Assembly: GCA_039545335.1 (NCBI GenBank)
Contig: BCIN01000002.1
Span: 2,094,484 to 2,158,483, forward strand
Source: Kondoa subrosea
Taxonomy: Eukaryota
Reading direction: 5' to 3'
Length of the DNA: 64,000 bases
This document shows positions 13,980 to 22,152 of this stretch, piece after piece; the stretch's first letter is position 1, and the number at the start of each line of letters is the position of its first letter. The notes beneath the pieces are model-generated. The model saw only the letters and a program-made list of their open reading frames with translations. It was not told the DNA's origin and ran no database searches. The position numbers and the translations under genes are program-made.

Positions 13980-14494
13980 GACATATCAAACGTTTCTTCC
14001 CCTTCCCCTTCGAGCACCCCTGAACCTCGCTCTTCCAAATACAGTTTCTCGGCATCGTAGATATTTTCAGTTTGACAAGCAGTTCCTTTTCTGTAATCAA
14101 GAGTCTCATCGCCTTGTGGGTCCTTGGTAGATGCAAAGTAGCATAGTCTTATGGTACATTCACAAATGACCTGAAAAGTCACAGACATCTGAACCGCATG
14201 ATGAGCCAATCCAGCAGAGCTCTTCGCAGCATTGTATCGCTCACACGACACCTCACATGTGGTGAGAGTCTCAAAAGAAAGTCTTCAGCTGGACTTGTTT
14301 GGTACAGCACGTGACTTTTTTTGTAAGCTATAACCTTGGTCACTGGCTCACCAGAGATTTGGGACGCCCATCGACTTCAACAACCATCCGCGAACCTTGC
14401 AAGTGGTAGCAGTTGCTTAGGCTCAAATCCATCTATAATGTCCTCTCATCCTATAGAACCCAACCAATCCGCCAACATTGAAATCCTGGTTTAT

Positions 14495-15001
14495 CGGAGT
14501 CGAGTGAATACTTGGAACTCGTCAAAGTTCAACCGTCGAAGCGAGTAAATCTCCAATGGTCATTCATCCATGTCACTCCCTCGTAGGCCTGGACCTCGGG
14601 ATTCGTTAGCGGTCGAAGCACGCGTCTGCCCCTTTTCCTTAAACGCAGTTCGCAGTCTCCTGCTTGGTGAGGTCTCTTGACCAACATGCCGTACTGAGAA
14701 CTCACACTATCCTCAGGTCAAGCCTTGTCATCGCTTCATTTATCTTCTGGAGGATTTATCCCTAAATTCGCGTGACAAGCTTCCTGTGAGTTGAGCTCAG
14801 CTCTCCTTGACTTTCGCGCATCTTAACCGGCTGCATAGCATACTGCCTGCATCGGAGTACGCCTATCGGAGTCTGTGGTTATAGAAGCGCGCGTAGTCAA
14901 GCTGGTGCGCTTGTTCGACCTTTGTCTCAGTAGAGAAAAGCGAGTCTAACACGCTTTGTGGGAAGCAGGTCTTGACTCGAAGTACATCTCGTCAAAGGAT
15001 A
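14495..15001 (+). repeat. Split direct repeat A1 (507 bp, intron-containing)
   Basis: Matches 20048-20554 at offset 5553; one difference spotted by eye (G14893 vs A20446). Confidence 0.95.
14667..14968 (+). other. Spliceosomal introns within repeat A1: 14667-14716, 14786-14838, 14905-14968 (same positions +5553 in A2)
   Basis: GTGAGG..CTCAC..CAG, GTGAGT..CTTAAC..TAG and GTGCGC..CTAAC..CAG. The second and third are precisely absent from the copy at 15152-15467; the first is supported by the TG|GTCAAG junction at 15150-15157. Confidence 0.9.
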
Positions 15002-15149
15002 TTCTTCTTAACAATCTCACTCACTCTTTTATCGCGAATCTTACCTCAATCTCTTTCTTTCGATTCACCTTATGTCGGCGAACTATGACAAGGTGGTTAA
15101 CCTCATCAATAACTTCGATGAGAAGGAAGCTATGGATGTCGCAAGCGAA

Positions 15150-15467
15150 TGGTCAAGCCTTGTCATCGCTTCATTTATCTTCTGGAGGATTTATCCCTAA
15201 ATTCGCGTGACAAGCTTCCTCATACTGCCTGCATCGGAGTACGCCTATCGGAGTCTGTGGTTATAGAAGCGCGCATAGTCAAGCTGGTCTTGACTCGAAG
15301 TACATCTCGTCAAAGGATATTCTTCTTAACAATCTCACTCACTCTTTTATCGCGAATCTTACCTCAATCTCTTTCTTTCGATTCACCTTATGTCGGCGAA
15401 CTATGACAAGGTGGTTAACCTCATCAATAACTTCGATGAGAAGGAAGCTATGGATGTCGCAAGCGAA
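15150..15467 (+). repeat. Tandem intron-less (processed) duplicate of the element leader and gag start
   Basis: 15152-15220 = 14717-14785; 15221-15286 = 14839-14904; 15287-15467 = 14969-15149. Confidence 0.95.
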
Positions 15468-16982
15468 GTCATTCAGCTTGTTGCAAAGGATCTACTCGAA
15501 CGATCCGAGGCCATTTCTTTCCTGTCAGTCTATCTCGAGAGCGACTATCATGAAGAAGACTGGTTACCCCTTTTGGATAATCTCATCGAAAACAGTCCTG
15601 ACGCAGAAGAGCGAGAACTCACGCACCTTCTTACCGAACAACCAGTTGAACCTGAAACTGAACCCGCCTCTGTTATCGGTGGATATGGCATGCGAAAATA
15701 CAGGGTTCCTAAGCAGCCGTATGGTCAAGAACGTGTCGATGGTGATGATAGTTCCGATGAGTTACCTAAGAAGCCAAGTGATCCGAAGGGAAAGCGGAAG
15801 GCTGTTGAATTTGAAGTGGATCAATTATTCCAACCTCCTGCTAAGAAAGGTCGACTTCAAGATTCTCCTCCTGTTGCTTCCACTTCAAAAGTCCCTTTGT
15901 CTAGCCAATCTGCACCGCGTCGAGCTTCAGCTGCTTTACCTAAATCTGCCAAAGCTACAAAACGGCAAGTCCCCAGTGATAGATCAAAAGCTGCCGAAAA
16001 CAATAGGACTCTCTTTTCTCGATCAATCTCCCCGGAACCTGTGCCAGTCGGAAGAGTTAATGATCCAATTCAACCAAGTCAACCTTTGCCTGCGCCCAAA
16101 CCCAACCCCGCCGAAGCTGAGTTATTTGCTCGCTTGGCAGAAGAGCTGCGCCCCTCTCTCGGCAAGAAGCCTGCCGTTGAACCTCCGAAAGCTAACTCTT
16201 ACATTCCCTCTCTGGCTTTACCAGCTCAATCTTCTAGCTCCGCGCAATCCAATGGTCGATCAGATGTATTGGCACGCTTGCAGATGCTGCGAAGACAAAC
16301 AATCGTGGACGCTTCATGTCCTATTCTCAAGCAAACGCTGGAAACCAGATTGGTTTACTTGGGAGAAGTCGATAGCGAAGGAGCTGCTGAAACCCTTCGC
16401 CTTGGAGCAAATATTCGTTTCCCCAAAGATGGCATGCTCAAGCTCATCCACGATGACTACGTCGATATGTCGGCGGTTTTGTCCAATTTGTTTAATCAAC
16501 CCAAAGTTGTTACAAACTTCGAGACCTGGCTTATGGCATGGCAGCACTATTCCTCAGTTGTTGAAGTCTTCTACCCTCATCGGTCTAAGGAACTATCATC
16601 GTATGCATCGCTCATCAATTCTTGCTTTATCGAGCACCCAGCAACTGCAATCGAGACCGATCGACGAATCAGGCGAGAATACGCTACCTCCCATAGCTTT
16701 TCCCTGCTACAAAAAGAACTGTATTCAGATATCCGTATCAATGTCCGATTGGCCGCTGCTTCAAGTGCGCTACCCTCTACTTCTTCTTCTTCTCCGGGTT
16801 CTGGTCGGTCTCGTAAACGCGATCCCCGTCCTCTTGAGGAGCAAATTTGTAATAAGTACAACTCTGGTATCGCTCACGACTCATGCAAGCGACGACATGT
16901 CTGCGAGAATTGTAGAACAGACAAAGACGCTCATCCCGCCATCAAGTGTGCCAAGAAACGCAGTGCAAGCAACAGCAAGTGA
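15390..16982 (+). CDS. Gag-like ORF1 of the YR retrotransposon
   Basis: 530 aa with a helical region (WLMAWQHYSSVVEVFYPHRSKELSSY) and a C-terminal Cys/His knuckle (CNKYN...CKRRHVCENC...HPAIKC). Confidence 0.88.
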   Translation: MSANYDKVVNLINNFDEKEAMDVASEVIQLVAKDLLERSEAISFLSVYLESDYHEEDWLPLLDNLIENSPDAEERELTHLLTEQPVEPETEPASVIGGYGMRKYRVPKQPYGQERVDGDDSSDELPKKPSDPKGKRKAVEFEVDQLFQPPAKKGRLQDSPPVASTSKVPLSSQSAPRRASAALPKSAKATKRQVPSDRSKAAENNRTLFSRSISPEPVPVGRVNDPIQPSQPLPAPKPNPAEAELFARLAEELRPSLGKKPAVEPPKANSYIPSLALPAQSSSSAQSNGRSDVLARLQMLRRQTIVDASCPILKQTLETRLVYLGEVDSEGAAETLRLGANIRFPKDGMLKLIHDDYVDMSAVLSNLFNQPKVVTNFETWLMAWQHYSSVVEVFYPHRSKELSSYASLINSCFIEHPATAIETDRRIRREYATSHSFSLLQKELYSDIRINVRLAAASSALPSTSSSSPGSGRSRKRDPRPLEEQICNKYNSGIAHDSCKRRHVCENCRTDKDAHPAIKCAKKRSASNSK

Positions 16983-18876
16983 ACTGCAACTGCGTGAACA
17001 TCCTTCGGGTTTACCTGGCATCGATTCGATTCCGAAATATAAACGCCAGTTTGTGTTTAGTCCCGATGAAATCCCTTCTTCCCCGTCTGTTGAGCGCACC
17101 TATACTCTTCCTGCACCAGCTCTGATTCCTCCATCCTTCTTATCGGATCCGGTACTGACATACTCGCTTATGAAAGCAAAGCACCTCATCAAGGTCGAAA
17201 CTCCATTCAATATTGCATTGCTTGAAAGGCTTCTGAGGCACCACCCAAATCAACCTCTCGTTACTTGGGCAATTCACTCGCTGCAATACGGTTTTTGGCC
17301 TGGTATGGAAGGCAATTCGCAACGTTTCGCCTCTCGCTCGGAAATTCAGTATGACCTGGATATGGCTGATTTGCGCTTGCTGGCCACCAATGCAATCGAT
17401 GAAGTCGCTAAAGGTCATTACTCTCCAGCCTTTGACACCCTTCTCCCTGGAATGCACGTCTCACCTCAATTCATCGTTCGAAGAGTCGATGACAGTCCGA
17501 ATCAAGGTCGTGTTGTAACTGATCAGTCAGCTTCGGGGCTGAACGATGCTTTAAATGCGGGTCAAGTCCAGTACGACAATCTTCGTGATCTTTCTCGACT
17601 GGTGCGATATAATCGTTTCCGTGATGTCGACCGTTTCTTCTCTACTGGCTGGAAAAGCGACATCTCCGGCGCTTTTCGTAACCTCCCTATGCATCCGATA
17701 TGGCAACTCTTTCAAGTCGTTCGTGTGCCGGTCTTTGAAGAAGAAGTTCATATCGGCTGGAATTATCACATAGATCGGCGCGGTGCTTTCGGCAGTCGCC
17801 GCCTGCCCTTTCTCTTCACAACTATCATGGCACTGATTTCATGGGCTGCTCAGCACGAGTTTCGACTGCCGAATCCCCTCTTCTTCGTCGATGATAGTTT
17901 TGGCCAGGACTGTTCCGGTGTTTTCCGCCCACTTACTCATTTGGGTGAGACACGTCTTGTCCCTGCGCAGCAATGGATTCTACTACGGACTTGGCAAATG
18001 CTCAACGTGCCGTGGAAATGGGTCAAACAAATTTTCGGGGTTCGCATAGTCATCCTTGGCTTCGATTTCGATTTTCGCAGTCTCACCATACATATACCGA
18101 AGGCAGCGATTGATCGGCTGGAAGATACTATCACTCGTTTTCTTCGCAACAATAGTCCACCGCTCAAAGAATGGCGTTCCATCATTGGTTACCTTAATTG
18201 GGTTTTAAATGTCATTCCGCTGGCTGCTCCTTTAATGGAATGTCTTTATGCCAAGACAAAGGGAAAGCAGGTCGAGTCAGCCGGTATTTGTCATAACCAG
18301 GCAACTAGGAGTACCCTACTTTGGTTCATCGCTGAACTCCGACAAAACCCATCTCTCGACCTTCTTTCTTTACGGTGTACCAATTGGCAACCGCATGAAG
18401 CCGATTTGGTTATCTTTACGGATGCATGCTTGCAAAGCCGTAAGTCACAGGGTGTCGGTTTGGGCTTTCATTACACTGTCGAGGGTCGTCTATATGGGTT
18501 CTATCATCGGTCTTTTTCTCTTCCCGACGACGATATCTACTTCAATGAAGCGTATACTATTCTTGCAGCTATCCGACATGCTACAGAAATGCCCACACCA
18601 CCGCGTCGTTTGCTGGTCTATTCGGACTCGGCTCTATCATGCTATGCTTTCAATCGAGGTCGTGCAGCTGGTTATCCCAACGCAATCATAGATGCTGCTT
18701 TCCATCTTCTTCGCCTGCACGACATTGAACTGCGGGTGTTTCACATTCCTGGCAAACAGAATGTGGTTGCGGACGATTTGTCTCGTTTGGTTCTTGCGGC
18801 ACTTCGCAGTCTTCATGGTTTTTTCTCCATCCAGCATTTTCAACCCCCACCTTTGGCGTTGGGGGCAGCACTGTGA
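15403..18876 (+). CDS. Reverse transcriptase / RNase H ORF; its N-terminal ~525 codons overlap gag in the +1 frame
   Basis: RT motifs KSDISGAFRNLP, AFGSRRLP, FVDD, ILGFDFD; RNase H motifs IFTDA, NEA, YSDS, NVVADDLSR. Confidence 0.93.
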   Translation: MTRWLTSSITSMRRKLWMSQAKSFSLLQRIYSNDPRPFLSCQSISRATIMKKTGYPFWIISSKTVLTQKSENSRTFLPNNQLNLKLNPPLLSVDMACENTGFLSSRMVKNVSMVMIVPMSYLRSQVIRRESGRLLNLKWINYSNLLLRKVDFKILLLLLPLQKSLCLANLHRVELQLLYLNLPKLQNGKSPVIDQKLPKTIGLSFLDQSPRNLCQSEELMIQFNQVNLCLRPNPTPPKLSYLLAWQKSCAPLSARSLPLNLRKLTLTFPLWLYQLNLLAPRNPMVDQMYWHACRCCEDKQSWTLHVLFSSKRWKPDWFTWEKSIAKELLKPFALEQIFVSPKMACSSSSTMTTSICRRFCPICLINPKLLQTSRPGLWHGSTIPQLLKSSTLIGLRNYHRMHRSSILALSSTQQLQSRPIDESGENTLPPIAFPCYKKNCIQISVSMSDWPLLQVRYPLLLLLLRVLVGLVNAIPVLLRSKFVISTTLVSLTTHASDDMSARIVEQTKTLIPPSSVPRNAVQATASELQLREHPSGLPGIDSIPKYKRQFVFSPDEIPSSPSVERTYTLPAPALIPPSFLSDPVLTYSLMKAKHLIKVETPFNIALLERLLRHHPNQPLVTWAIHSLQYGFWPGMEGNSQRFASRSEIQYDLDMADLRLLATNAIDEVAKGHYSPAFDTLLPGMHVSPQFIVRRVDDSPNQGRVVTDQSASGLNDALNAGQVQYDNLRDLSRLVRYNRFRDVDRFFSTGWKSDISGAFRNLPMHPIWQLFQVVRVPVFEEEVHIGWNYHIDRRGAFGSRRLPFLFTTIMALISWAAQHEFRLPNPLFFVDDSFGQDCSGVFRPLTHLGETRLVPAQQWILLRTWQMLNVPWKWVKQIFGVRIVILGFDFDFRSLTIHIPKAAIDRLEDTITRFLRNNSPPLKEWRSIIGYLNWVLNVIPLAAPLMECLYAKTKGKQVESAGICHNQATRSTLLWFIAELRQNPSLDLLSLRCTNWQPHEADLVIFTDACLQSRKSQGVGLGFHYTVEGRLYGFYHRSFSLPDDDIYFNEAYTILAAIRHATEMPTPPRRLLVYSDSALSCYAFNRGRAAGYPNAIIDAAFHLLRLHDIELRVFHIPGKQNVVADDLSRLVLAALRSLHGFFSIQHFQPPPLALGAAL

Positions 18877-19874
18877 TGACTAGAGCAAGAAACGGATCCG
18901 CTAGCAAGCGGGTCCACCCTGCCTCTCAAGCGGTGAATTCTCTGTCAAAAGAAGAGCTGGTACAGTTTAGTCGACACCTGCAACTGTCAGCTTTTGAGGC
19001 ATCCACTATCAAGGGTCATCGCGCCGCCCTGAAGCTCTGGCTTGAATTTGTCAATGTATACAACTTCCCCGTCTTACCGTCGGCTTATACTCTTGCTCTC
19101 TTTGTCAGCTTCGCAATTCGGCGCATCAAATCTGTCACGTCTTATCTAGCTGGCGTTGGACATTACTTTCGCGACTATACACCTTGGGATGAAATTCGCT
19201 TCCATCCGCTGGTCACAGAAACCCTGAAGGGAGCTATGAAATGGAAGGGACAGTCTGTTCGTCGTCGCGATCCCCTTACTTTGGCTCACATCCGGTTCCT
19301 CTTTGACCGCGCATTGGATCCTCTCGCGTCCTTCGACGACATTCTGTTTGCTGTTCTCATCTGCTGTGGCACCTTCGCAATGCATCGACTTGGAGAACTC
19401 ACTGCTCCGCGAAAAGACGATCCATCTGCTCATAGAAAGGTCATTCTGCGCAGTTCCGTCAACCTTTCTCCTGATGGTTTCTCTTATCACCTACCATACC
19501 ATAAAGGTGGCGCTCTCTTCCAAGGGGACACGGTTCGGCTCGTCCCAGAATCCTGTCCTGATCTACCGATCCTACCTTTGTTCGCAAAATATCTTCTGAA
19601 GCGCGATACACTTGTCGATTCGCCTTACCTTTTCGTCCGCGAAAATGGCACACTTCCTTCAGCAGCTTGGTTCCACTCTCGCCTGTCGATACTGGACGAG
19701 AACAATCTCGGTGGTCATTCCATGCGGGCTGGGGGTGCTACATATTTCTTTTCTCGTGGTATCCCGCCCGAAATTATCCGCAAGCTTGGTCGTTGGTCTT
19801 CAGCAGCATTCGACATGTATATCCGTCAACATGCCTCAGTGCTCATGCAGGCCTTCGTCGCCTCGGCCGAATGA
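18876..19874 (+). CDS. Tyrosine recombinase (YR)
   Basis: Catalytic R (HRLGEL), HxxR (GHSMRAGGAT), GRWSS and Y (FDMYIR). ATG 18876 overlaps the RT stop codon (TGATG). Confidence 0.95.
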   Translation: MTRARNGSASKRVHPASQAVNSLSKEELVQFSRHLQLSAFEASTIKGHRAALKLWLEFVNVYNFPVLPSAYTLALFVSFAIRRIKSVTSYLAGVGHYFRDYTPWDEIRFHPLVTETLKGAMKWKGQSVRRRDPLTLAHIRFLFDRALDPLASFDDILFAVLICCGTFAMHRLGELTAPRKDDPSAHRKVILRSSVNLSPDGFSYHLPYHKGGALFQGDTVRLVPESCPDLPILPLFAKYLLKRDTLVDSPYLFVRENGTLPSAAWFHSRLSILDENNLGGHSMRAGGATYFFSRGIPPEIIRKLGRWSSAAFDMYIRQHASVLMQAFVASAE

Positions 19875-19922
19875 TCGCCTTTTCTTCTTTTTCGCTCTTT
19901 TTCATCTCTCTCTAGCCTTTTA

Positions 19923-20047
19923 GCGTTTTCGGCTCTCATTATCGATTCTGTTCGTCTGTATGTGGCTATTACCCAATGTATACTCGCACGTTTTGCTACT
20001 TCAACGCCCCATATCACTTGGAATGCAACGAGCAAGAAACGGTTGGT
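19923..20047 (+). repeat. Split direct repeat B1 (125 bp)
   Basis: Matches 20615-20739 (GCGTTTTCGG...CGGTTGGT). Confidence 0.95.
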
Positions 20048-20554
20048 CGGAGTCGAGTGAATACTTGGAACTCGTCAAAGTTCAACCGTCGAAGCGAGTA
20101 AATCTCCAATGGTCATTCATCCATGTCACTCCCTCGTAGGCCTGGACCTCGGGATTCGTTAGCGGTCGAAGCACGCGTCTGCCCCTTTTCCTTAAACGCA
20201 GTTCGCAGTCTCCTGCTTGGTGAGGTCTCTTGACCAACATGCCGTACTGAGAACTCACACTATCCTCAGGTCAAGCCTTGTCATCGCTTCATTTATCTTC
20301 TGGAGGATTTATCCCTAAATTCGCGTGACAAGCTTCCTGTGAGTTGAGCTCAGCTCTCCTTGACTTTCGCGCATCTTAACCGGCTGCATAGCATACTGCC
20401 TGCATCGGAGTACGCCTATCGGAGTCTGTGGTTATAGAAGCGCGCATAGTCAAGCTGGTGCGCTTGTTCGACCTTTGTCTCAGTAGAGAAAAGCGAGTCT
20501 AACACGCTTTGTGGGAAGCAGGTCTTGACTCGAAGTACATCTCGTCAAAGGATA
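20048..20554 (+). repeat. Split direct repeat A2 (507 bp, introns retained)
   Basis: Copy of 14495-15001 directly abutting B1, forming a circle-junction-like B|A joint. Confidence 0.95.
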
Positions 20555-20614
20555 CCCGCCCGCCCTCACCTGTTTGTGTTTGTATGTATTGGGAATGTTG
20601 TGTATTGGGATGTT

Positions 20615-20739
20615 GCGTTTTCGGCTCTCATTATCGATTCTGTTCGTCTGTATGTGGCTATTACCCAATGTATACTCGCACGTTTTGCTACTTCAACGCC
20701 CCATATCACTTGGAATGCAACGAGCAAGAAACGGTTGGT
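20615..20739 (+). repeat. Split direct repeat B2 (right terminus of the element)
   Basis: Copy of 19923-20047. Confidence 0.95.
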
Positions 20740-22152
20740 GAAGACCAACCCGCAGGTAGAGTTGCCCTGGAGTGTCACCATAAACCTCGGCGGGAAAGGT
20801 CTAATCACATCAGAAGACTCTTGAAGGATCGTCCAAAAGGCACCAACGCAAAGCTAAACCAACCGTTAAGCGATATTGAAGACTTAGGCAGGTTGTGGCG
20901 TCGCACTGCCAAACGATTGTCTGCGGTATCTACTGGATCGGAGGATGACAGGTTTAACGTCGACGACGTCTCATTCGAAATCTCTGTAGAGCCCTCATCA
21001 ACAACATTCAAAAGTTCGGTCGAATCATCAACGGCGTCAATGTCGTCAACTTCCTCTGGATCATCTTCTAGATCAGCCTCCCGGAGCTCTCGACAAGAAG
21101 CCAAACATCGCAAGCGAGCTCCAATCGGCGGCGAAGGCAAAGTGGTGAGCGTGCATGTGGAAACTTATAAGAAAGGTTCTCGAAATGTATGTGTTGTCTG
21201 TTTTCTTATCACGCCTTAGCCTAACTTGCTTATTTTACATTGGCAGTACTATCATCAAATGCAAGGGGAGATAGCCAAGGCTCAACTAGCTCAAAAGATT
21301 GCTGAATTGGACGCTGAAAGAGAGCGTGCGGAGCATGAGAAAGAGAAAAGAAAGTTGGAGGCAGAGCGCTTGAAAGCTGAGGTGAAGCGTTTGGAAGCTG
21401 AAGGGAAGTTGGCGGAGCACCTTCGAGAGACGAACAGCAAAATCCTCTTAAATTGGCAGATCTCCGTATTGGTCGTGGAAGGTACGATTCAATCAAAGCC
21501 TCCATCGTTTGCTCCTTGTCTCATATCTTGCTGTAGCTACAACTGTATGGATGAAATCCCTCGACCCTGAATCTACGAAGGAAATGGATAATATGACTCG
21601 TACGCTCGCGGCTTCTTTCGCAAAGGCCTGTATGGTAATGTCGAGCTACAGTGCGCCAGAATCTCCTTCGAATGTCTGTTCCACAATCACAAACATGGCC
21701 GGTCATAAAGGAGATCTTCGATACGCTGCCCGCAGCAATACAGGAACTTGCCCAGAGCGCCTGTTTCAATTTGAAGCCGGCCGAAGCTCAAAAACGTCAT
21801 GCTTACTGTCATCCACAACCCAATAGAGAAGAGCTGTACACCTACTTTCTGCGAGAAACCCAATGGTCCGATAAAGATCGCGAAGCTATCTCAGCAATCG
21901 ATAAGCTTGCGCGACAGAAGATAAAAAGATCAGGCGCTTCTCCAGATGTGACGGAAGCATTTCCAGTTTCGTAGACTGTCTTCCTCGCTGTATGTCATGC
22001 TTTGGTTAGAGTTGAGTAGTACATACTTGCTGGATGAAGCCTTGCTTGTCTCTGAGATTCGACAAACTTGACAGCTCCTTTGCCCATGGTGCGAGACTCG
22101 ACGCCTTCACGAGATTACTTAAACTTCTTGCTTTTGACCACCAACCCTAAAT

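Larger units (their letters stand above)
14495..20739 (+). mobile_element. Full-length Ngaro-type tyrosine-recombinase (DIRS-order) retrotransposon with split direct repeats A1-ORFs-B1-A2-B2
   Basis: Intact gag, RT/RNaseH and YR ORFs; A1 is nearly identical to A2 and B1 matches B2; no TSD; no methyltransferase-like domain seen after RNase H. Confidence 0.95.
14438..21974 (+). pseudogene. Orphan host gene (Ser-rich plus coiled coil) interrupted after codon 19 by the retrotransposon
   Basis: ATG 14438..TAT 14494 joins in frame to GAA 20740 (MSSHPIEPNQSANIEILVY|EDQPAGRVALE...). It continues through a canonical intron at 21187-21246 into coiled-coil exons that end near 21974. Confidence 0.7.

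Noticed and set aside
14480..20750. LTR or DIRS1-type (inverted repeat/ICR) interpretation, and a target-site duplication
   Set aside because: The repeats are split direct repeats, no DDE integrase is present, and the flanks share no duplication. The TGGT at 14487-14490 is 4 nt away from the junction.
20509..21219. 236-aa ORF as a stand-alone or element-encoded gene
   Set aside because: It is a chimera: element A2/B2 sequence running in frame into the interrupted host exon that starts at 20740.
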